DNA of 54,434 nt, the filler included, from Sphacelaria rigidula (taxonomy: Eukaryota), in assembly GCA_964200075.2 (NCBI GenBank). It is 5 parts of 5 records of this genome, joined end to end, with 100 filler letters (N's around TTAATTAATTAA, not from the genome) between each part and the next. Parts side by side here need not be neighbours in the genome. Positions count along the whole stretch, not along the records: positions 21,816 to 32,622 come from CAXNAA020005877.1; positions 32,723 to 43,528 come from CAXNAA020005878.1; 3 more parts are not named here. One strand, given 5' to 3'. Below, in pieces: positions 22,752 through 33,232 of the stretch. The notes under the pieces were generated by a model that worked only from the letters and a program-made list of their open reading frames with translations, had not been told where the DNA came from and searched no databases. The position numbers and the translations under genes were made by a program. How positions within the stretch are numbered: the stretch's first letter is position 1; each line of letters opens with the position of its first letter.

Positions 22752-25700
22752 CTGTACAGGGCAGTCATGAACGCCAGAGTCAGACCAGTGGGTCCAATGA
22801 ATGTCATCGGCTGTCCGCTAAACAGGGCGTACGCCATACCTCCCAATCCACACGACACGACGTACTCGATCACGCCTAGAGCACCCTGAGTCACCTGCGA
22901 ATCCGCAGGCAGTGCCCCAGTCCCACAGCACAATAAAAACGGGGGAGGGGGGTGCTACTTACCGTATGTAAGGGAAAAGTTCTCGATGTGGTCAGCCAGC
23001 CCCGGGACATCATCAAAATGAATCGCGGCTGCAGTAGAAAGGTTGAACTACTTGCTACTGTACGCCAACATGGGGTTTTCGGCGTCAGCGAAACACGAAA
23101 AGTTGAAACATTTCCATTTGTGGGAACCACCTCACAATAGGGGAAAAAATCCCACGAGTGTCCGTCGAGGAAGCGACTGTCAACATTGACGACATTATGA
23201 GATAACTCAACACGAGATAACTTGTAGGCTTCATCAAGAAGAAGTCCCGGGTTCGAACCCCGGCTCCCACCAAAAGCGACTAAAAGTCAAGTCAGGACAA
23301 AGGAGTCAATGAAACGGTGGGGGACAACATCACATGGAAAGGGGAAAAGTCCCACAAGTGTCTATGGAGGAATCACCCTCCACAATTATGAGTATCTGAA
23401 TGCGTGCACCCACCCACAAAGCCTGGTCCGGCGAAAACCCGGCGTGCTCCGTCCCGGCATTGTAGGGATGCGAGGTCGATGGTCTCTTGACTATGGTATG
23501 CATGATCATGAGTACACCCACACAGGACATATCTCTCCTTAGAGGGATGCTACAAATTCAAGATTACGATCCGATATTCGATGTTCGACTTTTGTGACGT
23601 TTGGAACCCGCTTTTTTCCACCCCTGAACCAGGGCACATCAAAACACCACGTTACGGACATTACAGTACTGTACCGTACAGTAGTACAGTACAGTAGTAC
23701 AGTACAGTGTAGTACAGTATGCATCACCTCGCCGAGAGGAACTCCGCCCACTTTTTCGATTCGCTAGACCCCTACCCCTAGCTTTCGCAAAAATAGTCAG
23801 TCACCCGCCAAAATCCACCTAGACATAAAATTATCTGTGGTGTTTGTCATCATGATATTGATAAAAGCGGTGCCAAATGTGTCTCGGAACCTCAGATACT
23901 CATTGTGAACACTGAATTCCCGCACTCCTAGACGAAGCGGTCCTGATACAGAGTTTCGGGAAACGCTTTCTGTCCTTCTAGGGTGCAAAAATCTCAGGAT
24001 GAGAGTGCAAAATAAATAATAAAAACCTCACCGAAAGAAGTTGCGGGGATACAACATTTGGCGGAGGGGAAAATATTTTTTTGTCACACTGATCCTGAGG
24101 TATTTGTACGAAACTCGCCAATGTCCTACGGTCGGGATTTGAACACATGAACACACAGACACACCCACATCCACGCGAGATACTATCGTTCATCTCTCAG
24201 TTGAACTCATCACATGGACATGACCTCGGAGAGCAAAAATGTCCAAGGACCAGACGTGATTCGTCTCAGAATTACAAAATTGGTTGCTTTCTAGTGCAAT
24301 TGATTCATTCGTACCGTACGCATCAATCCTTGGATTCTGTTTCCATCATCGCCCCCCAGGAACCCGCGCACCCCCAGATACGTGAAATAGCGCAGCAAAG
24401 ATTGCGTCGAGACGCTCTCGACCTGCCGCCAACTGTTTCCCCTCTTTCGAGCAATAAGGCCTCAGACATGATACACTTGGTGGTTCGAACCTCAGAGATG
24501 ATTCCTCCGACTCTTGAAAATATCATCACGATGGTCACGAGCACCAGCACAGTAGCGACGACAGCAAACAAACCTGGGTCGCAATGCCACCGAACGCCAC
24601 AGCGGGAAGCAGGCACGCGAAGTACAGGAACAAGATCGCCGGGAGAGACTTGCGGTTGTAGCCATCCGTCCAGTCCGACTTGTACGTCTTCGCCCTGTTG
24701 GCGATTGCCGCGATAAACATGGGGTTGGGCTGAGGGGAGACACCACACCCTGGATGATGACATTAGAATACACAGTCAAAATTTGCACAGCGAACAGTAT
24801 CGACCATTGCGCCTATTACAACAAACAAAATGTTCCATACTGTACGCAGTACATTTTTTACAAAAGAATCTTTTGTCCAGGGCGTGAAAACTTCAGCTTT
24901 GAGGAGCACGTTTCTGACGCCCTCTGTGGGGGTTCCGTAACTGCGGCGCCCTAGTAGACAATACATCCACGGAAGAGATTAAGATTGTGCCCCACGGCAA
25001 TTTGCTTGCTAGCTGTCTGGGCAATGACCAGGGGACATCTCCACTAGGACTAGCAGCAACATGATATGTACACTCCAGATCATGTACACGGACCTGAGTA
25101 CACCAGTAAAGCGCCGCCGAAGCTCCGGCGGTAGCCAGGTTGTGCATGGGAGCACGGTTTCCACACAAAATTTGATTAATGGATCCGATAGACTCGCCGA
25201 TCACATACTGTACATCGAGTCACCTTCTGGCGAAGTCTTCCCTCAGGTCAGCCCCGAGCCTCAGCCCCTGGCGCGGGGCTTTCTCCACTGCACCCCCGTC
25301 CAATACCCCGATGCCCTGCTCGACCAAGGCAGGACCCTCGTCTTCGATGGTGGTTGAAAGTGCCTACAAAATGAAAAAAATTAAATAAGGTGACATAAGC
25401 AGGAACGTCAAGAAAAAAACGGAACACGACCGTTCCCATACTCTGCACAATACTGGTATGGTTAACTCGGTCACCATCATGGTTGTATGCAATAGTTGTG
25501 CACAGCAGCCGCGCACATACTTTGTTTTTGCTTTTGATGACGATCGCACGATTTTCCTGTTTTCTTTTTTTCTCCGATGAACCAACTTCGTGTCGTTTCC
25601 CCATCGTTTTCAAGCAAATATCGCCAAAATATATATATTTCCGCGTTTTTTTGTTTCAACGGCTACCTGGGACACCCAGAAGGACGCATATGCAGTCGAT

Positions 25701-28700
25701 AGATGTGCGTAGCTACCCCCCGTCGAGTACGTGTTGCTACTGCTATTGTTGTGGCTGCTCCTGCCACAAACTGGTATGTTGCAGAGCACCACTTGATGAA
25801 CCACTCCCAAGTGATGGAAGATGTCGACTATTTCTTGCACCAAACCGATACCTCACAACTGTACCAGAGCGCACCGTACATGTTACGCCGCTTGCCCAAA
25901 GATGACGCCGCGGCGTGATGCACATTTTGGAGCACATTATCGGGTCCGAATCGAGAAAAAGCCATCATCCCGGCAAGGGGTGGTATTCACCGTATCCTAC
26001 GGTACACACACGTCACACAACGTCACCACCTTCCCGAGTTTCGGCGCCTCCACTTCCGTACCCGCCGTCGCCAAAGCCGCAGCACGTGGACCCTTATTCC
26101 TCCACTCAGCGGACCCGCCCCCACGCCTCCAGTCCCGTTTGAGGGATGTTCCGTCCGCCCCCATCTGCACCCCGCCGCCCCCCGCTTGCTGCCCCATCGT
26201 CGACGCCCTCGACGTGGAGGAACGTCGCCGTCGGGGGATCGTGATCTCTTTTTCGGCCATGGCCACAGACCCCGCCCCCGCGGCAGGATGGGCGCTCGTC
26301 CCCCGGGCGCTCCCCGCCGCACGGCGAAACAGCGCGCTTGTCGCTCGCGACAGTAAACCAATACCACCACCGCCTCCGCCGCCGACATCGCCCGAGTCTT
26401 CCGCGGCGCGGCCGTCTTTCAGAGTGGCGGTCGTCGGCGGAACTTTGGACGTCGTGAGTCGGTTAATCCTCAGTCGCCCAAGCAAGTTCACTGCGCGCGT
26501 GGACGCAGCATGGTGAATGCCGACGGTGGATTGAGGACGTCGTAACAGAGACAGGGAGGTCGAGCGGGAAGCCCGGGCAATGGTTTGGGCTCGTCTGAAT
26601 GATAACGATGATGGTGGCGCGAAAGCGAAGGTTGTTCGTCCTCGTGGGTGTTGAGTCGCCGCCCTCGCTGTGGCTGTTATTGCTGTTCTTGTCGAAGACG
26701 ATGATGATGCTGTCCCGGCGGCCGAGCAGGAGGCTGGTTTAACCCAGAGGAGAAGGGCAGGACAGGCATCATGAAATAGAAATTTAGGCGCGCATGAGCA
26801 AGGCAGTTGAATTACTTCTCGTGCGGGTGTGGTTTTATTTGCTCCTCGATATTTGACGGTCCTTGTCGCGCGGACACAATCAACCCCTGGTCCGCTCATG
26901 CGAACAAGCTGTGGGTGGACAGCCTTCAATATGCCGAATGTATGGGACATGCTCCAACGACCGGGTATTCGAAACAGTATAACGGTGGTATGGGTAGAAA
27001 TCAGCGCCTCGAGGAAACCTGGATCTCGACGTCAACTTTACACCCTGGACAAGCAGTCACAGTGTCAAAAGAGTATACTGCGTACAGTATGCAGTCTTTT
27101 GTCTACTGCAAAAAAACGCAATAGTCGATACTGCACGTAGTATACACTTTTTGATTTACCGTCCAGGGTGTGGTTAATAACCCTTAGACCGCGAGATTAG
27201 TCTTTCTGGATAATGCATACTTTTTTTCACTTGCAATTGATGCCGATTCAACAGAGGACTAACCTCGCGGTCTGAGGGTTAGCTTGCAGAAGCTGGTATG
27301 CCAGATTACGGTACTAGGTTATCGACTGCCGAAGGTACGGAGTGTCATAGTACTGGGGGCATTGACAATTGAGGCTACAGGTCCCTGAACCCCACGCTAG
27401 TCCATTGCTTGTAGTTGAACCACTTTGGAAGGGTGTTGGCCGCGAAACACAAGCAGTCTAGTCGAGTTCATGTATTTGATATTCCTACACAGTTTGACGG
27501 TCGCTCCGACAGAGAGGATCCCAAAGTCTTTCTCATGGTCAAATGGGTTCGAGTTTTCACGACGGACAAGGACTCGAAGCCTGTCCGCGACATGTATATA
27601 TATTTTTGTAGCGATGTAATGGAACACCGTGTATTTTGCGCCCAGTATTACTGGGGGCCGTCGCGTTTCTTCGCGGACTGGGCGACAAGGGGCTACACGG
27701 TTGCGACAGTCAGAGGGGTGTGCGTTGTACGGTCCATGGGTGAGCAATGGACCCGTAGTGTTTGTCCATGGGTGGGGAACAGACCCCTGGAAACACGTGT
27801 TACTGTTGTGGCGTGCTTCTTCAACCATTTCGAAACATGAGGTTTCAAATGTCCCGCCTGCGACATTGAAGCGGATAAAAAGGACTGCGGGCGGTCGCGG
27901 TACACGAAACGGAGCTATGGATAAGTTCCGCGAGCAACTCTTGACTCGTGATGCAAATTTTGCTCTTCATCGTTCAGTCCAGAATCTCGAAGGAAAAAAA
28001 AACGCTGTGGACAGTTTCCACCCCGGACCTGGCGATTGGCGATATTTCCGTCATATACACAAAAGTCGATCGGACATGTATTTCGAAATATCCATGTTGA
28101 TCAACCGAAGAGAGGCGAACAGCAGGTACGAAGGTTTTGTGGTGATTTTGATTCACCTCGTACTACAGTTGTTGTACCATATCGTGGGTTACGGCTCACG
28201 ATGTAGGGTATACGATCCTATGGAACTACGCGGTTGGCATCCACGAACGCATCATTTCGAGAGGATTTAGTCTGTGCAGGGGGAGAGGGGGGGGGGGCCA
28301 GGGGTACTCATGATCTTGCGTGCCGTATTATAGTAATGAGACCGTTGACCTCGCATCCCTACAGAGTCGGGACGCAGCACCCGGGATTTCCGCGGGACTA
28401 GGCTCGTGGTGGATCACCAAGCGGGAAGCGCCGTCATGTGTTCGACGAGTCGAACGAGGGGTGGGGTGCATCCTGCGTAGATTTCTCGGCCCAAAGAATA
28501 CTGAGGGGGGGGGGGGGCGGAACACACCACGCACCAGCATAGGGAGGCTGGAGCGTGTAAGGTAGCGCTGTGTTGCCAAACGTATCCAAAAAGACAACAA
28601 TCGGGNNNNNNNNNNGGGGCGGAGGGCGCGGTGGGGGGGGGGGCGGGGCGGGGGGGGGGGGGGGTCTCGCGGGCGTGGCTGGTCGGGACCGAGTAGGGGG

Positions 28701-30339
28701 GGGGGGGGGGGGGGGGCGGAATACACCACGCACCACGATATGGCCGCTGTAACGTGTAAGGTACCGGTGTGTTGCCAAACGTAGCCGAAAAGCCACCACT
28801 CGGGAGTGCTACCGTGTTGCAGAGGGTGGTATCCAACATATGAGTAATACATCGTATCGTATTTTACGGCACCCCTCTGCGCTTTGTTATGCTGTTGCAG
28901 CAGACTGGTGCGACCCATTATTTGGTTCAGAGGGGCATGGTGATTCAGAGAAGCATGAAGCAAGACAGACCCGCATCTGATCTGATAAACCAGCGAATAT
29001 TGTGTGGACTGCACTGCGGTTTTCCGATACACACTGTTGACAAGGATGCCTGTATAGAACGCTCTGGCAGCGCACCTCGGCCGATGGGTGTATCCTGTGT
29101 TCGTAGGATCAGGTGAATGTCGAGGGATGTAGTTGGGGTTGTGATAGACCTGCATCAGAGGAGCCTGAAGCCTCAAGGACGTTTGAAACGCGCTGTTAAT
29201 CTGAACATCTGTCTAGACTCGTACTGACTGACTTCAGTTTACAAGTTTACTTCATAACATACGCTGCACTGGGTAAGGTACTCCACAGGCGGGGATCGAC
29301 TACTCACATTTGCCGCGCTCACACCTTGTACAGTTATCGCGCGTTACTGTACATGGACTGCAGTCTTGCTGTTAAACTAGCGTGAGCTGGATGTTATGAC
29401 GAGTTTTACAGTTTCGGGATGAGTTGAACTGTTATGTCCAGTAGTACAGGCAGTGTTGTGTAAACTGTAGTGTCATTGCCCTCTGCTGTACGTATGCAAT
29501 GCCCCTTGAGGAACAGAGCGTTTGATGCGGGATTTCCACGCCAGGCTGCCATAAAACATGCATGTGAGTCACCGACCAACAGAACAACTGAAGGTGTCGC
29601 AAATCACTTCGTGCAATGGCTGAGAAGCGACCGGGATGACAAGGCAAGGCTCAATCAGTGGCGCATCTATCTGCAAGCACTCGCTTATCCAAGTAGACGG
29701 CAAATGCTTTCGTGATCACAGCAATACAGTAGGAGTACGGGAAGGCATACGTGTTTCATGTGCCGGTTGTCACACGCGATACGAAGCTGACGCGTGTGGG
29801 TTGTTCGGTTTCTCAATTAAAAAATGAAATGCATCCGATATTCAAGTGATGGGCGAAGCAGCACACGAATGAGACTGAACGCTGATGGTGGCATACATTG
29901 GGTACATCAAACATCACACACCATCATCGCGTCTAATGTGACGAGGTCGAGAAATGCAGCGAGCCGGGGGTGGATAGGTTAATGACAAAAAGTGGGTGCC
30001 CGCAACATTGCAAGCGCTTCCCTCACTCCTGTTCCCATGCCGTGTCAAAACACCCATGGATGGCGAGGCACTGCCTAAACTACGGCCTGTACTGAAATGG
30101 TGATGCTTGTAGGCTCACCGACAGTAAAGAGCCATTTCAAATTGGCACGGCACAACCCTTCAAAAAGGTACGCCAACATGTACGGATGTGTTCACATCAA
30201 ATTCAGTTCATCACGACAAACGCCGATGATCTTCCTCTACAATACCTTGCTCACCTGCTGGGTAACACAACAGCACCGTGGCCTGAACCACCAGCAAGCT
30301 AAGGACGCCACCGCGGTACGACCGACCGCATTCTGCCAT
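22752..30339 (-). CDS. SLC4: SLC4/BOR-family bicarbonate/anion transporter, 5' part, with signal peptide and transit-like extension; 3' exons beyond the contig end
   Basis: Phase-consistent exons 30339-30255, 26733-26030 (alternative donor 26027), 25363-25224, 24694-24574 and 22894-22752. Translation LGADLREDFARRAKTYKSDWTDGYNRKSLPAILFLYFACLLPAVAFGGIATQ-VTQGALGVIEYVVSCGLGGMAYALFSGQPMTFIGPTG matches the start of the HCO3- cotransporter membrane domain. Confidence 0.92.
23244..23272 (+). other. tRNA 3'-half-like fragment (T-arm, acceptor strand, CCA); not a complete tRNA gene
   Basis: CCGGG-TTCGAAC-CCCGG-CTCCCACCA; no complementary 5' acceptor strand or D-arm upstream. Confidence 0.55.
23420..23515 (+). 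mobile_element. Family C element
   Basis: AGCCTGGTCCGGCGAAAACCCGGCGTGCTCCGTCCC..GATCATGAGTAC, flanked by CACCCACCCACA / (C)ACCCACACA. Confidence 0.8.
27181..27278. mobile_element. piggyBac-type MITE
   Basis: CCCTTAGACCGCGAG...CTCGCGGTCTGAGGG; colinear with 8787-8888; degenerate TTAA flanks. Confidence 0.8.
28304..28804 (-). mobile_element. Cluster of C-tailed elements: one long family C copy (28304-~28500) and two family G copies (28518-28605, 28717-28804), separated by G-runs and a 10-N gap
   Basis: On the minus strand each unit ends at a C-run; the two G copies share CGTTTGGCAACAC..TACCTTACACG..GGTGCGTGGTGTRTTCCG. Confidence 0.75.
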
Positions 30340-30880
30340 TGACTGAGCTGTGCTGGCTCCCGACAGACAGTTGAAGGGCAAATATTTAGGGAGGAGTGTT
30401 GCCTCGAGGTAGCCGTCCGTTTGCACCCGCTACCGTAATGTGCTGCTCCTCTGTGCCCCACGGCAGAATATGAAAAGCAAGAGTTAGAGTCCCGTTAGGG
30501 CTTGCGCGTGTGCTTATGAGTGTTGGTGGTATCGGCGTCACGATAGCTACACGCTACGAGTATACCTAGTCGATCAGACAACGTGTGTATCACGTAAGCA
30601 TGTATACGTTGTGCAGTGTCTACATCGTCAAACAACCGACCAGCGCAGGACGACACCTGTCAGTTTCTCGGACGGCGAGTCTGAAGTGTGGAACAAAAAA
30701 AAAAAATACAGTCAGTCGGATAAGAAGGTAGGGAGGCATGTTGTCCGATACTATAGTATATACAACAGTACATGGAAAATAGACAGTAGTGTTCACTTTT
30801 CCCATATCTGTACAGATCTGTATATGGTATACTGCAGTACGAGACTTCAGCAGTTCGTCTCCCGCGTTTTTTTTGTCTTC

Positions 30881-31001
30881 ATGGCAGTATCGAGAAATGG
30901 ACGCGTAACACGACGGGGCAGCCGCGTTACAACCATACTACTGTTCCTGACTTCCACAGCAACAGTGCGCGCATTCACGCTGCCTCACCATGCCAACACA
31001 G
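30881..31001 (+). CDS. Probable first exon of a plastid-targeted or secreted protein of unknown function
   Basis: ATG..MAVSRNGRVTRRGSRVTTILLFLTSTATVRA|FTLPHHANT, then donor G|GTGCGG; hydrophobic core and an A-F cleavage motif as in stramenopile bipartite presequences. Downstream exons not identified. Confidence 0.55.
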
Positions 31002-31943
31002 GTGCGGGATGTTCTTGGAAGCAAAACAGTAGGCCCATCAAATAGCACGGGGTATAACACCCCCTCCCGGGCAAAAAGAGGTTTCCGTTTTTTGCAGCCA
31101 CTGCCTATTTCTATTCGCTACACCGCCGAGCTCCTTTTGGTTGGAAAAATCGTGGTTTTAGCAACCTCAAACGACAAATTGTAGGCGCTCTCCTCTCATG
31201 TTTAAAATGAAAGTGCGCGAGCATGTTCGTTACGTAAGGGCATGTGGAGGGTGCTATACACCGTCGCATGGGTGAGAGATCACAGTCAGAACCTCGAACC
31301 CGCACGACTGCTGCAACAGAGTGGTGGATACTGCATGGTTCAATAAGCGGCAACCACTGAACTATCGTGTGGAAGTGGGCACGCTGTAGAATGGGTGATT
31401 ACTGTTCTCGTGATATTTTATGGCGTGTACTTCGCTCGAGGAAAACATGCCGTACATGCTACATGCTGTGTTGAATGTGACATGTTCGCCAGTTGCTGAC
31501 TGGATAAGACGCCCCACGCCCCACGCACTACTGCAGACAGTACTGTTGTATCACTGCATTGTACTGTACTGTTGTAGAAGATGAGTTTTGACCAACAGGG
31601 TGATGAATTTTCTCCGGGTTGTCCCATCCATCGATGCATTCTCCACGATAACTTTTTAGACACAAATTTGGGTGGCACGGTCGGGGCAGGTTGCAAGTGC
31701 CATATCTGTGGCGGGGTTTTTCCACATCACAGGCACCTTGCACACATTGTATTGAACAGTGTATCAGAGAGTTCGGAAAACATTGTTTTTGTCATTTCAG
31801 AGTGCAAATATCTCAGGATCAGAGTGCAAAATAAAATAAAAACTCATCGACAAAAAGTTTATTGGAAGCAACATTCGACGGAGAAGAAAATAATTTTTCG
31901 TCACGAGCTGGGCCGCCCAAGAAGCCACCAGGATTACTAAAAC

Positions 31944-32541
31944 CGCATTTCCTGTGCTCAATTTTGGATCGTTTTCGACGAAATTTTGACACGATGTACA
32001 GGACGTATGTGCAAACACCCCACCTTCCATCCCCCTTTTTTTTCTTCGTGGGTTATTGGCAATTTTGTCCCGGAAAAACAACTGTTCTGAAATGTTTCTT
32101 CGCCAATAACTCACTGAAAAAAAACAGGGATGGAAGGTGGGGTGTTCTCACGTACGTCCTGTACATCGTGTCAAAATTTCATCGAAAACGATCCAAAATT
32201 GAGCGCAGGAAATGCGTCATTCCGTCGACAAGCGGTCACTATGTTATATGGAGGTGGACCAGTTACGAATAATTCAAACGCATTTATGCTGTTCAATTTC
32301 AAGCTGTTTTCGATGAAATTATGACACGATGCACAGGACGTATGTGCGAATACCGAATCTTTCCTCCTATGTTTTTTCCCTTTTCTGCGTGAGTTATTGG
32401 CAATTTTGTTCCTGAAAAACTGTTCTGAAATGTTTCGCCGCCAATAACTCACGAAGAAAAGGGAAAAAAACACGAGAGGAACGAAGGGGGGTGTTTGCAC
32501 ATACTTCCTGTACATCATGTCAAAATTTTCTCGAAAACGAC
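31944..32541. mobile_element. Two tandem copies of a ~270-bp palindromic MITE-like element (31944-32216, 32279-32541)
   Basis: CGCATTTCCTG.GCTCAATTTTGGATCGTTTTCGA...TCGAAAACGATCCAAAATTGAGCGCAGGAAATGCG; both copies share the same central spacer. Confidence 0.8.
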
Positions 32542-32622
32542 TGAGGCCGCTTCTTATAATAGACAAAAAATAAAAACCCGGAAAAATGTATTGTTGGAGC
32601 TTTTACGTCGTTTTACGCCCCA

Positions 32623-32722
32623 NNNNNNNNNNNNNNNNNNNNNNNNNNNNNNNNNNNNNNNNNNNNTTAATTAATTAANNNNNNNNNNNNNNNNNNNNNN
32701 NNNNNNNNNNNNNNNNNNNNNN
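32623..32722. other. Artificial contig linker
   Basis: N44-TTAATTAATTAA-N44. Confidence 0.99.
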
Positions 32723-32736
32723 AAAGGACTCACTTG

Positions 32737-32930
32737 AAGCGAATGATCAAAGCCACTCTCAAGCGCATCATCTACTCTCAATCTCACGAAAACACTGTTA
32801 GCTGTAAGCACACGCCAGGGATGAAGGCAGAGAGAAGCACACACGGAATGAAAAATTGGCTAGGTTAAAGCGAAGATCAAAGCAACTCCCAAACAGCGCT
32901 CTATTGTCAATCTCACGGAAAAACGTTGTT
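32737..32930 (+). repeat. Repeat family H, about 1.5 tandem units of ~130 bp
   Basis: AGCACACGCCAG..AAGCACACACGGAAT..CTCAATCTCACGAAAAC shared with 3932-4060. Confidence 0.7.
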
Positions 32931-33232
32931 ATATGTGGGCGCACCAGCCGGGGTCACACAGGAAGAAGGCCTACACAGGAGTGTTTTCGTTTTGGTTTCT
33001 TTCCTTTTTCACCTTCCTTCTGCGGTGCTTTCACTTCCTTTTATTGCGAGAGGGGTTTAGCAGTCCCTTTCCCTCGTCGACCACTAAGTCACATTTTGTG
33101 TACTCAACACATAGTCGCTCTCCATTGTAGGCATTGGGTGACAAAAAATCCCAGATTGCTCCGAGGTTTGAATCCACGATCCAACCGCTAGAAAGTTCCG
33201 AGGTCACCAACTGAGCCACCGGGGCGACCGGC
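32931..33232 (-). mobile_element. tRNA-derived SINE (same family as 11797), 3'-truncated
   Basis: Minus strand begins GCCGGTCGCCCCGGTGGCTCAGTTGGT and contains GTCGACGAGGGAAAGGGACTGCT and GACCCCGGCTGGTGC. Confidence 0.85.

Noticed and set aside
20551-22752. Convergent uL4/SLC4 gene pair
   Set aside because: The two genes are on different contigs separated by an artificial linker.
28328-29176. 282-aa Pro-rich ORF
   Set aside because: It reads through C-runs, repeats and an N gap inside an intron.
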